A stretch of 64,000 nt of DNA from an uncultured candidate division Zixibacteria bacterium (lineage in GTDB: Bacteria; Zixibacteria; MSB-5A5; UBA10806), in NCBI GenBank assembly GCA_963801605.1, contig CAWDFP010000006.1, forward strand, positions 1,600,001 to 1,664,000, written 5' to 3'. A program made the position numbers and the translations under genes. The notes under the pieces are model-generated. The model saw only the letters and a program-made list of their open reading frames with translations. It had not been told where the DNA came from and did not search any database. This document shows, piece after piece, positions 39,567 through 50,158 of the stretch (positions within the stretch are counted from its first letter, which is position 1; each line of letters starts with the position of its first letter).

Positions 39567-42065
39567 ATGAAAGCAGTGATAATGGCGGGCGGTTTCGGCA
39601 CCCGACTGAGGCCTTTAACGGCTAATATTCCCAAACCGATGGTGCCAATGGCGGGCAAGCCGGTCATGGAGCATATTGTTACGCTTCTAAAGAAGCATGA
39701 TATAGATGAAATTATTGCCATCCTGTATTTTCAATCCGAACAGATCGAATCATATTTTAAAGACGGCTCTAAGTGGGGCGTCAAAATGAGCTATTTCAAG
39801 GCGGAGGCTGATTATGGAACTGCCGGCGCCGTAAAAATTGCTCAGAAAAACCTCAATGATCCTTTTATTATAATTTCGGGTGATGTTTTGACCGATTTCG
39901 ACCTCACCAAAGCCATTGATTTCCACAAAATGCGAAAAGCCCAGGCCACTATCGTTTTAACCAGGGTTGAAAATCCGCTGTCGTATGGCATAGTAATCAC
40001 CAGCAAAACCGGAAAGATTACCCGTTTTTTAGAAAAGCCCGGATGGGGCCAGGTATTCTCGGACACAGTTAATACCGGCATCTATATACTTCAACCCGAA
40101 GTGCTGGATTATATCCCCGCCAAAACCGATTTTGACTTCTCCAAAAATCTTTATCCATATATGCTTGAAGAGAAAAAAAGGCTATTTGGTTATGTGGCGC
40201 CCGGCTACTGGCGAGATATTGGAAATATCGAGGAATACTTCCTGGCGCATCAGGATATTTTCGAGGGTAAGGTTGATGTCGAGTTTGGCGGCCATAAACT
40301 TGAAAATGCCGATGCTAAAATATTTGCAGGCGATAATACATTCATTTCGCATGGCGCGCAGCTTTCGGGCACTGTAGTCATAGGGAATAATGTCAAAATC
40401 GGTCCGAGAGCCAGGATTTTCCAGAGCGTAATCGGCAATAACTCCATAATCGGAAGGGACGTTGACCTGAACCGCGTGGTTAGCTGGGATGGTGTTTCTA
40501 TCGGGCCGAAAGCAAAGATCAGCGAGGCAATCCTTTGCAATAGTACATTTGTTGGCGATGAAGCTATCGTTGATGAAAACTGCATCCTGTCCGATAACAG
40601 CCGCGTGGGCGAGGGAGCCTGGATCAAGCGCAACGTGAAAATTTGGCCTAACAAAGAAGTCGAGGCCGGTGCCACATTGAGCACCAGCCTTGTCTGGGGC
40701 GAGCGCTGGAGCCGCGATCTTTTCGCTGATTCCAAAGTCACAGGAGTGGGGAACACCGAGCTTACTCCCGAATTCGCCGCCAAGTTAGGAGCCGCGTTTG
40801 GCGCTATGCTCGGCGAGGGCCGAACTGTAGCTGTCTGCCGAGGGCCATCCAGCGCGGCCCGCATGATAAACCGGGCAGTGATCAGCGGGCTGCTTTCGAC
40901 CGGAGTGAACGTCAATGATCTCCAGACTACCCCCGTACCCGTAATTCGACGTGAACTGCGGAGTGGAAGACTGGCAGGCGGAGTGCATACACGACTAAAT
41001 CCTGAAGGGAACGAAGAGATTGATATTATCTTTTTCGATCATAACGGCAGCGATCTGCCAACATCCAAAAGTAAAAGCATCGAGCGCCTGTTTTTCAGAG
41101 AGGATTTCCGCCGAGCGTCAATCAACAATACCGGCTCAATAGACTTCCCGGCCAGGGTAATCGAGGGCTATCGCGAATCATTCATTCCATATATCGATAA
41201 AGGCGTTTTCGAAATAGCGCATCCCAAAATTGTAATTGATTATTCGTTTGGAGGCGCATCTGAGATTCTGCCGGGAATTTTCGGAGAACTGGGGATTGAT
41301 GCCATATCGCTAAATTCTTTTATCGATCAAAAGAAAGCATACTATTTTACGCAGTTTCAGCGAGAGGCTTTAAAGCAGCTTGGCACGATAGTTAAATCGC
41401 TCGATTGTGATATCGGATTTCTTTTAAATCCCGGCGCCGAGAAATTTATGGCGGTCGATGATAATGGCGATGTCATCAGCCTGCAGAAAATGCTTCTTAA
41501 AGTAACTCAACTTTATTTTGAGGTGGCCAAACCTAAAAGGATCGCCGCACCGGTTACAGCCTCAGCCGGTCTGGAGATGATTGCCGATGAATTCAACGCT
41601 CAAATAGTATGGATTCCCAGCGATCATCAGGCCATGATGGAAGCTGCCGGCACCGAGGGTATCGATTTTGTAGTCGGCACTAAAGGCGGATTTATATTCC
41701 CCGGCTTCCAGTTAGGGGTTGACGCCATGTTCGTGACCGTAAAAATTCTGGAGTTATTAGCCCGTACCGGCAAGAGGCTGAGCCAGGTTACCGGTGACTG
41801 GGATAGGCTTCACATGGCAGAAAAAGAGGTTGCCTGCGCCTGGGGGAAAAAAGGCCAGGTTATGCGTTCGCTGATGGCTCATTCCGAACGGGCCGCCCGG
41901 ATTATTGTGGATGGTGTTCGGGTATCGGAAGATGATGGTTGGGTGCTGGTCCGTCCTGACCGCAAAAAGGCGGCATTTTATATTCTGGCCGAATCATATT
42001 CCGATGAAACCGCCAAAGACCTTGTCAAAGAGTATGTTAAAAACATTAAAAACTGGCAAAAATAA
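39567..42065 (+). CDS. Mannose-1-phosphate guanylyltransferase-like nucleotidyltransferase + left-handed beta-helix + phosphohexomutase-like domains
   Basis: MAGGFGTRLRPLT...PKP, FLEKP, YWRDIG; hexapeptide repeats; PGM/PMM-like C-terminal half. Confidence 0.9.
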   Translation: MKAVIMAGGFGTRLRPLTANIPKPMVPMAGKPVMEHIVTLLKKHDIDEIIAILYFQSEQIESYFKDGSKWGVKMSYFKAEADYGTAGAVKIAQKNLNDPFIIISGDVLTDFDLTKAIDFHKMRKAQATIVLTRVENPLSYGIVITSKTGKITRFLEKPGWGQVFSDTVNTGIYILQPEVLDYIPAKTDFDFSKNLYPYMLEEKKRLFGYVAPGYWRDIGNIEEYFLAHQDIFEGKVDVEFGGHKLENADAKIFAGDNTFISHGAQLSGTVVIGNNVKIGPRARIFQSVIGNNSIIGRDVDLNRVVSWDGVSIGPKAKISEAILCNSTFVGDEAIVDENCILSDNSRVGEGAWIKRNVKIWPNKEVEAGATLSTSLVWGERWSRDLFADSKVTGVGNTELTPEFAAKLGAAFGAMLGEGRTVAVCRGPSSAARMINRAVISGLLSTGVNVNDLQTTPVPVIRRELRSGRLAGGVHTRLNPEGNEEIDIIFFDHNGSDLPTSKSKSIERLFFREDFRRASINNTGSIDFPARVIEGYRESFIPYIDKGVFEIAHPKIVIDYSFGGASEILPGIFGELGIDAISLNSFIDQKKAYYFTQFQREALKQLGTIVKSLDCDIGFLLNPGAEKFMAVDDNGDVISLQKMLLKVTQLYFEVAKPKRIAAPVTASAGLEMIADEFNAQIVWIPSDHQAMMEAAGTEGIDFVVGTKGGFIFPGFQLGVDAMFVTVKILELLARTGKRLSQVTGDWDRLHMAEKEVACAWGKKGQVMRSLMAHSERAARIIVDGVRVSEDDGWVLVRPDRKKAAFYILAESYSDETAKDLVKEYVKNIKNWQK

Positions 42066-42110
42066 TCTATGATTAGACAGAAATCCCCTAAAAACGGGCA
42101 GAAATTTGAC

Positions 42111-42138
42111 TTGACGTAATATTTGAAGCATGTATATT
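42111..42138 (+). promoter_or_regulatory. Putative promoter of the polysaccharide export/biosynthesis operon
   Basis: TTGACG, 16-nt spacer, TATATT. Confidence 0.55.
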
Positions 42139-42245
42139 AATTGTCTGAAAAAAAAGGAGCGCTTAGGGAAAATTGTTAAAAATTTGATGATTCGGTTCTA
42201 ATAAGGAACTGTCGTTAACTTAAATAAATGCGGGTGCTCCTGGCA

Positions 42246-43931
42246 ATGAAATCTAAAAACAAGACTGGATTCCGGGTGAATAGTCTTACCCCGGTTTTTT
42301 TATGTAATCTCTTTATTTTACTTACAGCTATTTCCTCGGCTCAAACTACCCCATCGACTAATGCCAAGCCGGCTATTCCAGCGGGCCTGAATTTTGCATT
42401 TCCATCAACTCAGGCCGGAAACAAAACGCTGTTGGACGAAAAAATTAATCCCGATACCTATGTCCTGGGGCCCGGGGACGTCTTATCGATCTTTATATGG
42501 GGGGGCTTTCAAGGCCAATTTCAACTCACCGTCACTCCCGAGGGGATGCTGTTAGTCCCCGAAATCGGCCCAATCGATATCGCCAACCTGACGCTAACGG
42601 ACGCTCGCAAGAAGATTGCCGATAATCTTGCAATGAAATACCGCAATGTGGAATCAACGGTATCGTTGGTTGATCTGCGTGTATTTAAGGTATATGTGGG
42701 CGGAGCGGTTATAAATCCCGGCGCTTATCCGGCCACCGCGGTAACCAGGGTTTCCGAAGTCATTGGCTTAGCAGGCGGATTTTTCGAGGGTCCTGATGCC
42801 GAAGATAAAACCAAGATGCCATCATATCAATTTCTGTATACCTGGATAAAAGTTTCGTCAAAGCGCAATATCACGGTACATCGCAAAAACGGCGAATCAC
42901 AGACGGCGGATATTCTGCGGCTCGATCTGTCAGGTGACACGAAATTCAATCCTCTTCTTCGGGACGGCGACGAAATTTTCGTTCCGCTGAGAGAGTGGAG
43001 CATTAATCTCTATGGCGTTTTTGGAGCGGTCAAGAACCCCGGTTATTTCGAGTATTCGCAGAAAGATTCATTATCCGATTTGCTCAATCTTGGCCATGGA
43101 TTAACTCTGGACGCCGATTCCCAGGGCGTCGAAATTGTCAGATTCCGCCCGGATAATACCTCGACTTATAGCACCTTTGTCGATCTGAAATCCAGCAACT
43201 GGAATATGCCTCTCAAACCGGATGACAGGGTGTATGTAAAGCCTATCCAGGGTTTCCATGTAAAATATCAGGTGCAATTAATAGGGGAGTTTAAATACCC
43301 CGGATATTATGCCATCACTGAGGACACAACTACGCTTTCCGAGATAATTACCAAAGCCGGCGGGCTGACCGATCTGGCCTCGCTCGATGAAGCTGAAATG
43401 ACAAGGGTATCGGCAGAGGAGTTAGTTGATCCCGAATTCGAGCGTCTTAAAAAAATGAACGTAGCCGATATGTCCGAAAGCGAATACGAATATTTTAAGA
43501 TAAAATCGCGCGCCAAGATCGGCCGCGTGGCTGTCGATTTTAAGAGGCTTTTAGAACAGCACGATAAAAGCAAAGATATTTTGCTAAGAAACAACGATGT
43601 CATCAGTGTACCGCGAAAGCGAAGAGTCGTAACCGTTTCCGGTGAGGTGGCCAATCCCGGGTTCCTGACTTATGTTCCCGATAAAGATTATACCTATTAT
43701 ATAACCATGGCTGGAGGTTATTCGGATCGTGCTGGAAAGGGCAGTATATCCATTATAAAAGCCAGCGGTGAATGGAAAAGCCCCAAAAAGGGCAGGGGAT
43801 TAGATCCCGGCGATACGGTTTGGATTCCGGAAAAAAAGAAGCATAATTATATCGGAATAATAAAAGACGTTACGTTATTTATTGGAAATTTGGCAACGAT
43901 ATACCTTGTGATAAGGCAGGCGACAAATTGA
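42246..43931 (+). CDS. Polysaccharide export protein (Wza/KpsD-like, SLBB repeats)
   Basis: YVLGPGDVL, repeated GxVxNPG SLBB motifs, AGG, C-terminal helix; start uncertain. Confidence 0.9.
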   Translation: MKSKNKTGFRVNSLTPVFLCNLFILLTAISSAQTTPSTNAKPAIPAGLNFAFPSTQAGNKTLLDEKINPDTYVLGPGDVLSIFIWGGFQGQFQLTVTPEGMLLVPEIGPIDIANLTLTDARKKIADNLAMKYRNVESTVSLVDLRVFKVYVGGAVINPGAYPATAVTRVSEVIGLAGGFFEGPDAEDKTKMPSYQFLYTWIKVSSKRNITVHRKNGESQTADILRLDLSGDTKFNPLLRDGDEIFVPLREWSINLYGVFGAVKNPGYFEYSQKDSLSDLLNLGHGLTLDADSQGVEIVRFRPDNTSTYSTFVDLKSSNWNMPLKPDDRVYVKPIQGFHVKYQVQLIGEFKYPGYYAITEDTTTLSEIITKAGGLTDLASLDEAEMTRVSAEELVDPEFERLKKMNVADMSESEYEYFKIKSRAKIGRVAVDFKRLLEQHDKSKDILLRNNDVISVPRKRRVVTVSGEVANPGFLTYVPDKDYTYYITMAGGYSDRAGKGSISIIKASGEWKSPKKGRGLDPGDTVWIPEKKKHNYIGIIKDVTLFIGNLATIYLVIRQATN

Positions 43932-45187
43932 ACGCAAATACCGAAGAATCCACGCCCGATAAGAATTTTTTCTGGCTCTTAACGAGTTTTATTTTCAAAT
44001 GGCGCCGTCTTTTGCTTGTGAATACCCTTATTGCGGCGATTCTTACCCTGGCTATCATGCTCTTTATGCCCAATTGGTATACCGCAACTACCACAATTTT
44101 ACCTCCAGAAAAGGATAGCGGTTTGGGTCTGGGAGCGAGCCTGTTGCCATCCGGAATTGGTGCACTTCTGGGCGGAAGCGGCATGAGCTTGCCGGGACTG
44201 GCAACTCCCTCAGATCTATACGCGTCGATTGCCAGGAGCCGAATAGTATCGATCGCGGTGATTAAAAAATTCGACCTTGAAAAGGTATTTGAGAGCCGTT
44301 ATGAGGAAGAGGCGATTCGCGAACTGCAGAAACGGGCGACCATTGCAGTCGAACCTGAAGGAATTATATCGATCAGCTATGAAGACACAAATGCCAAACG
44401 CGCGGCGGCCGTTGCCAACAGCATCGTGGAAGAGCTGAATCGGGTCAATCAGGAAAATCTCAGTTCGAAAGCGCATGCTATGCGTGAATTTGTCGAGCAA
44501 CGGCTGTCTGAAACAATCCGCGATCTTAGTACCGCCGAGGAAGCCTATAAGAATTTCCAGGAGATTCATTTCGCGGTTTCGCTTGACGATCAGGTTAAGG
44601 CAATAATCAATGCCATCGCGGATTTGCGGGGCCAATTGGTAGTTACCGAAATCGAGTTTGGCGTCATGAAAAAATCGTTATCGCCATCCAATGCCCGCTA
44701 CCAGGAACAGGAATATAAAATCGAGCAGATTAAGGATCAGCTTTCCAAACTCGAAGCCGGAGATACAACTCAAACCGGATCATCATTTCTTAATATGCCG
44801 GTTAAAGATACTCCGCAGCTGGCGCTGCAATTAGCGCGGCTAACCCGCGATTTGAAAATTCAGGAAACGATTTTTGAGCTACTCAAGCAGCAATATGAGC
44901 AAGCCAAGATTCAGGAACTTAAGGATACGCCAACCATTCAGGTGCTCGACAAAGCCGAAGTTCCTAAAATCAAAAGCAAACCCAAAAGGACAACTATCGC
45001 GGCCATGGGCGGCCTGACCAGTTTCGTTTTTACATTGTTATTTGTATTGATGCTGGAATATGTTCGCAGGGAAAGAGCGAAAAATTCTTTAGTTTATCAA
45101 AAGATGCAAAATATCAACAAGATGCTTAATGATGATTATGATTGGATAAGAAATCTTTATTCTAGAAAGCGAAAAAATGTCAGTTAA
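43928..45187 (+). CDS. Polysaccharide co-polymerase / chain-length determinant (Wzz/GumC-like, no kinase domain)
   Basis: N- and C-terminal TMs, YTATTTILPP, coiled coil, QVLDKAEVP...KPKR. Confidence 0.88.
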   Translation: MNANTEESTPDKNFFWLLTSFIFKWRRLLLVNTLIAAILTLAIMLFMPNWYTATTTILPPEKDSGLGLGASLLPSGIGALLGGSGMSLPGLATPSDLYASIARSRIVSIAVIKKFDLEKVFESRYEEEAIRELQKRATIAVEPEGIISISYEDTNAKRAAAVANSIVEELNRVNQENLSSKAHAMREFVEQRLSETIRDLSTAEEAYKNFQEIHFAVSLDDQVKAIINAIADLRGQLVVTEIEFGVMKKSLSPSNARYQEQEYKIEQIKDQLSKLEAGDTTQTGSSFLNMPVKDTPQLALQLARLTRDLKIQETIFELLKQQYEQAKIQELKDTPTIQVLDKAEVPKIKSKPKRTTIAAMGGLTSFVFTLLFVLMLEYVRRERAKNSLVYQKMQNINKMLNDDYDWIRNLYSRKRKNVS

Positions 45188-46202
45188 AATTGGACAAATT
45201 GGAATTGGGGCCTGGGGGAAAAATCTTCTCCGGACATTCATCAGCCTGCCGGGCGTGACCGTCTCGATGGCCTGTGATACCGATGCCTCCCAACTCCCAA
45301 AACTTGGTGCGTCCTTTCCGGGCGTACAATTCACCACTGATCCCGATAAGATTCTAAACGATAGTTCATTGGATGCGGTTGTAATTGCCACGCCGCCCAC
45401 CAGCCATTTTGATCTTGCCAGCAAGGCCCTTGAAGGCGGTAAAGATGTATTTGTGGAAAAACCCCTGGTTCTGAATATCGATCATGGGCGAAAACTGGTC
45501 GAGCTTGCCGAACATCACAAGAAGATCCTGATGGTGGGGCATATCATGGAATATCATCCGGCCAGCCTGAAGCTTAAAGAATATGTCGATTCCGGCAAAT
45601 TGGGGAAGATTCACTATCTCTATTCCACCAGAGTAAATCTTGGCAAGGTGCGCGATATCGAAAACGCCCTGTGGAGTTTCGCGCCTCATGATATTTCCCT
45701 TATCGTCTTTTTGCTGGGCCAGATGCCCGTACGCGTAACGGCCACCGGCGCGGCGTATCTTCAAAAAAATATCGAAGATGTGTCGTTCATGACGATGCAT
45801 TTTGCGGATAAAACTATGGCTCATATCCATGTGAGCTGGCTCGATCCTCACAAAGAGCGCAAATTGACGCTGGTCGGCTCTAAAATGATGGCGGTTTTCG
45901 ATGATACCGAGAGCAATGAGAAGATCTGGCTCTATGATAAGGGAATCGAAACTAAACTCGATTACAATACCTACGGCGAGTATCTCAGCCTGAGGGCGGG
46001 CGACATCACTATTCCGAGAGTCGATTCCGCCGAACCGCTAAAGCTTGAATGTCAGCATTTCATAGACAGCATAAAAAACCGGACTCAGCCCCGTTCCGAT
46101 GGCAGAGACGGCTTGAAGGTACTAACAATTCTAAGCGCGGCGCAAATATCCATGGAACAGGGGGGAGCCCCGATGGATATTTTCCCCAATGCTTACAACT
46201 AA
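45177..46202 (+). CDS. Gfo/Idh/MocA oxidoreductase (WbpB/WlbA-like UDP-GlcNAcA 3-dehydrogenase candidate)
   Basis: GIGAWG, VEKP, MVGH, APHD; adjacent to acetyltransferase and aminotransferase. Confidence 0.8.
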   Translation: MSVKIGQIGIGAWGKNLLRTFISLPGVTVSMACDTDASQLPKLGASFPGVQFTTDPDKILNDSSLDAVVIATPPTSHFDLASKALEGGKDVFVEKPLVLNIDHGRKLVELAEHHKKILMVGHIMEYHPASLKLKEYVDSGKLGKIHYLYSTRVNLGKVRDIENALWSFAPHDISLIVFLLGQMPVRVTATGAAYLQKNIEDVSFMTMHFADKTMAHIHVSWLDPHKERKLTLVGSKMMAVFDDTESNEKIWLYDKGIETKLDYNTYGEYLSLRAGDITIPRVDSAEPLKLECQHFIDSIKNRTQPRSDGRDGLKVLTILSAAQISMEQGGAPMDIFPNAYN

Positions 46203-46212
46203 AGAGGTTTTA

Positions 46213-46962
46213 ATGGAATATTTTTGTGATAAGTCGGCCAAAGTCGGCGCCAACACTACGATTGGTTACAATAGCTTCATTGGCAAAGATGTCAAGATCG
46301 GCGATGGCTGCAAGATTGGTGTGGGAGTTGTCATTCACGAAGGAACTACAGTCGGTTCCAACGTGCGTATTGATGATAACACTGTGCTGGGTAAATATCC
46401 TATGAAGGCCGCCAACTCCGCAACTACAAAGGATCAGGAACTGCCCGCCCTGGCAGTCGGCAATAATTGCATTATTGGCACATCGGTGGTGCTCTACCGC
46501 GGCCTTAAAATCGGGAATAAGGTTCTGATCGCCGATCTATCCTCGGTGCGCGAAAATGTTGAAGTTGGTGATTTCACCATTATCGGCAGGGGAGTGACGG
46601 TAGAAAATTTCTGCAAGATAGGTTCCTATTGTAAGCTGGAAACCAACGTCTATATCACCGCTTACTCCGAGGTTGAGGACCGCGTATTCGTGGCCCCCTG
46701 CGTGGCAACATCAAACGATAACTATGTGGGACGAACCGAAGAGCGCTTCAAGCATTTCAAAGGCGTGACTGTTAAGAAGGGCGCCAGGATCGGTGTGGGT
46801 TCGGTAATTTTGCCCGGTAAGGTTATTGGTGAGGATGCTCTAATCGCGGCCGGTTCTGTTCTTACCAAGGATGCGAAGCCCAGGAAGATTGTAGCCGGAG
46901 TGCCCGCCAAGGAATTCCGTGATGTACCGTCCGATCAGCTATTGGAAAATCAGGGTTGGTGA
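46213..46962 (+). CDS. Hexapeptide-repeat N-acetyltransferase (WbpD/WlbB-like)
   Basis: Left-handed beta-helix repeats, VFVAPCVATSND, AGSVLTKD, GVPA. Confidence 0.82.
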   Translation: MEYFCDKSAKVGANTTIGYNSFIGKDVKIGDGCKIGVGVVIHEGTTVGSNVRIDDNTVLGKYPMKAANSATTKDQELPALAVGNNCIIGTSVVLYRGLKIGNKVLIADLSSVRENVEVGDFTIIGRGVTVENFCKIGSYCKLETNVYITAYSEVEDRVFVAPCVATSNDNYVGRTEERFKHFKGVTVKKGARIGVGSVILPGKVIGEDALIAAGSVLTKDAKPRKIVAGVPAKEFRDVPSDQLLENQGW

Positions 46963-46973
46963 AAGGCGTAGTA

Positions 46974-48080
46974 ATGAAAGTACCACTGTTAGATTTAAAA
47001 AGACAATATGTCGCCATAAAAGGCGAAATAGATAACGCTATCCAGAAAGTTCTCGATCACGGCATGTTCGTAATGGGACCGGAGGTTAAAGAACTCGAAG
47101 AAAAATTGGCCAAATATTGCGGCGTCAAGCATGGCATCGGAGTTGCATCAGGCACCGACGCTCTTCTGATTTCGTTACGTGCGCTGGGTGTAGGCCCGGG
47201 TGATGAGGTTATCACTACGACTTTCACTTTTTTTGCCACGGCCGGTGTGATAAGCCGTCTGGGAGCCAAGCCGGTTTTCATCGATATCGATGAGAAGGAT
47301 TTTAATATTGATCCTGCCCTGATCGAAAAAGCGATCACTCCCCGCACCAAGGCCATCATGCCCGTACATCTTTATGGCCAGATTGCAGAGATGGACGAAA
47401 TTATGAAGATCGCCAATCGGCATAATCTTCCGGTAGTAGAGGATGCCGCTCAGGCTATCGGCGCTGAGTACAAAGGCAAAAGGGCCGGGCAGTTTGGAAC
47501 CACCTGCGGCTATTCCTTTTTCCCCAGCAAAAATCTCGGGGCTTATGGCGATGGCGGTTTTATCGTCACTAACGACGATAAGATAGCCGAACTAATCCGC
47601 AAGCTGCGTGTTCACGGGTCCAAGCCCAAATATTACCATTCGATTGTCGGCTACAACAGCCGGCTCGATACAATTCAGGCGGCGGCGCTGCTGGTAAAGC
47701 TAAATTACCTTCCCGATTGGCATGAAGCCCGCCGCGAGAAAGCCGCAAACTATAATCGGCTTCTAAGCGGAGTCAAGCAAGTTAAGACGCCCTTTGTGCA
47801 TGACTACAACTACCATATCTACCATCAGTACACGATCCTGGCGGAAAATCGGGATGGGCTTAAAGAACATCTGAAAGCCAAAGAGATAGGATTCGATACT
47901 TACTACCCGCTTCCTCTGCATTTACAGGAATGCTATCAAAATCTGAATTATAAAATCGGCGACCTGCCTGTTTCCGAGCGGTTGGCGAATCTGGCTATTT
48001 CTCTGCCGGTCTTTCCGGAGCTGACCAATGAGGAGCAGGAATATGTCACCGGCGCCATAAAGGAGTTTTACTGCAAGTAA
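46974..48080 (+). CDS. DegT/DnrJ/EryC1/StrS aminotransferase (WbpE/WlbC/PorR-like)
   Basis: SGTDAL, PVHLYG, EDAAQA, SFFPSKNLG, NSRLD. Confidence 0.92.
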   Translation: MKVPLLDLKRQYVAIKGEIDNAIQKVLDHGMFVMGPEVKELEEKLAKYCGVKHGIGVASGTDALLISLRALGVGPGDEVITTTFTFFATAGVISRLGAKPVFIDIDEKDFNIDPALIEKAITPRTKAIMPVHLYGQIAEMDEIMKIANRHNLPVVEDAAQAIGAEYKGKRAGQFGTTCGYSFFPSKNLGAYGDGGFIVTNDDKIAELIRKLRVHGSKPKYYHSIVGYNSRLDTIQAAALLVKLNYLPDWHEARREKAANYNRLLSGVKQVKTPFVHDYNYHIYHQYTILAENRDGLKEHLKAKEIGFDTYYPLPLHLQECYQNLNYKIGDLPVSERLANLAISLPVFPELTNEEQEYVTGAIKEFYCK

Positions 48081-49129
48081 TGAAAAAAGCGGCGTTGGTT
48101 GTAGGAGCCAGGCCTCAATTTATAAAGACCGCCCCGCTGATTATTGAGCTGGGGCGGTTTTTCAACATGGTCCTGATCCATACCGGACAGCATTATGATT
48201 TTATCATGTCCGAGAAGTTTTTCGATGAACTTGCGATTCCTGCTCCTAATTATCATCTGGAGGCCTCAGGTAAAACGCCGGGCAAGCAGATCGGACGGAT
48301 GATTCAGGGGCTTGAAGCAGCTTTTAAATCGGAAAAACCCGATCTGGCAATTGTTGTTGGAGATACAAACTCCACACTTGCGGGGACTATTGCCGCAGTC
48401 AAATTTGGGCTTCCCCTGGCCCATGTTGAGGCCGGAGTCCGTTCTAAAAGCAAAACTCTGCCAGAACAGATCAATCGCCTGATCACCGATTCGGTCGCGG
48501 ATTATTTTCTCTGCCCGACTCCTCTGGCCGTCGAAAATTTAAAGCAAGAGGGAAAATCCGATCATCTATATGATACCGGCGACGTTATTTACGATTGTTT
48601 ACGGCTTTATGAAAATCGGATTCCAATTTCGCCAACGTCGCTCAGGAATTTGCCCGCAAAATTTATCCTGGCGACAATCCACCGTGCCGAAGCCGTAGAT
48701 AATAAGGAGAATCTTGCCAATATCCTGCAATCCTTCGATAGCGCTTCATGCCCGGTGGTATTTCCGGCTCATCCCAGGACCGTAAAGATGCTTCAGAAGT
48801 TCGATCTGATCAAATCCCTGCCGGGAAACCTGATCATGATCGACCCTCTGGGATATCTCGATATTCTATCGCTCGTCAAACGCTCCACGATGGTCGTAAC
48901 CGATTCCGGGGGAGTTCAGCGCGAGGCGATTTATCTGGGAAAACCGGTGATCGTGGCTCGTCCGGAGACTGAATGGGTCGAATTTGAAAAGCATGGCTGG
49001 CTTAAGGTGGCAGGGTATCGTTTCGATCTTACCGAAAAATTCGAAGCTCCGGTGGAGAAAAGCGCCGATATAGTACATCTTCTCAGGCCGGCCGCTGCCG
49101 GAATGGCGGCCATTCTCGGAGGGCTATAG
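48080..49129 (+). CDS. Non-hydrolysing UDP-GlcNAc 2-epimerase (WecB/WbpI-like)
   Basis: GARPQFIK, HTGQHYD, GDTNST, HVEAG, TDSGGVQRE. Confidence 0.92.
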   Translation: MKKAALVVGARPQFIKTAPLIIELGRFFNMVLIHTGQHYDFIMSEKFFDELAIPAPNYHLEASGKTPGKQIGRMIQGLEAAFKSEKPDLAIVVGDTNSTLAGTIAAVKFGLPLAHVEAGVRSKSKTLPEQINRLITDSVADYFLCPTPLAVENLKQEGKSDHLYDTGDVIYDCLRLYENRIPISPTSLRNLPAKFILATIHRAEAVDNKENLANILQSFDSASCPVVFPAHPRTVKMLQKFDLIKSLPGNLIMIDPLGYLDILSLVKRSTMVVTDSGGVQREAIYLGKPVIVARPETEWVEFEKHGWLKVAGYRFDLTEKFEAPVEKSADIVHLLRPAAAGMAAILGGL

Positions 49130-49318
49130 AAATTACGGCGGCATGATTTTTTGATAGTTCGATAGGTTTTACTTTTTATTTGCTTTCGCCTATAACGGAA
49201 AGCAATATTAGGCAAGTTAGATTACTGACGGGATGTTATAATTGGGTAATAAATTATCTATCCTGCTGATTTGGTAAGAAAAACAATATGGCAGAGGCCA
49301 TTAAATTAGAAATGTACG

Positions 49319-50152
49319 ATGGAAAAAATAGTTAACGCCTTTTCAGTCGATTTCGAGGATTGGTATCAGGGTCTCGAAATTCATAAAATAGATACCTGGC
49401 ATAAGTTTGAATCGCGTATCGAACGGAACTGCCTGAAGATTCTCGATATCCTCAAAGCTCATGATACCAGAGCCACTTTCTTCGTTCTGGGGTATCTGGC
49501 GGATAAACATCCCAATCTTATAAAAATGATTCACGAGTTGGGGCATGAGGTCGGTTCGCATGGCTACTCGCATACCCAGGTGTTCAGACTTACGCCGGAG
49601 CAGTTCGAGAGCGAAATATCGCGTACCAACGAGGCTGTATATAAGGCTATTGGCAAAAAGCCGATAGGATTCCGGGCGCCGATATTTTCGATAATTAAAG
49701 AATCGTTTTGGGCTTTCGATGTTTTAGCTCGGAACGGAATCCGTTACGATTCCAGTATTTATCCCACGCTCAATTACCGTTATGGAGTGGTCAAAGCCAA
49801 CCGGTTCAGGCATGAAGTCAGCACTGATTCCCGCCATAAAATCGTAGAGTTGCCGGTAGCAACCGCCAGATTTATGAATATGAATTTACCCGTTGGTGGA
49901 GGAGCATATTTCCGCGTCTGGCCTTATGGAGTCACGAGGTGGGCATTCCGTCAGCTAAACAATCAGGGGAGGCCTGGCGTATTTTATATGCACCCCTGGG
50001 AAGTTGATCCCGGACAACCTAAAATTGAGCTACCCGCCAGGTTATCGCTAACACATTATCACAGGCTATCATCGACAGAAAATAAATTGCACAAGCTTCT
50101 GAGTGATTTCAAGTTTTCCTCCATGTCGGATGTTTTTGAAATGGGTTATTAA
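49319..50152 (+). CDS. Polysaccharide deacetylase (DUF3473, PEP-CTERM/XrtA-associated type)
   Basis: SVDFEDWY, ATFFVLG, HEVGSHGYSH, GFRAP, GGGAYFR, YMHPWEVDP. Confidence 0.9.
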   Translation: MEKIVNAFSVDFEDWYQGLEIHKIDTWHKFESRIERNCLKILDILKAHDTRATFFVLGYLADKHPNLIKMIHELGHEVGSHGYSHTQVFRLTPEQFESEISRTNEAVYKAIGKKPIGFRAPIFSIIKESFWAFDVLARNGIRYDSSIYPTLNYRYGVVKANRFRHEVSTDSRHKIVELPVATARFMNMNLPVGGGAYFRVWPYGVTRWAFRQLNNQGRPGVFYMHPWEVDPGQPKIELPARLSLTHYHRLSSTENKLHKLLSDFKFSSMSDVFEMGY

Positions 50153-50158
50153 AAAATA

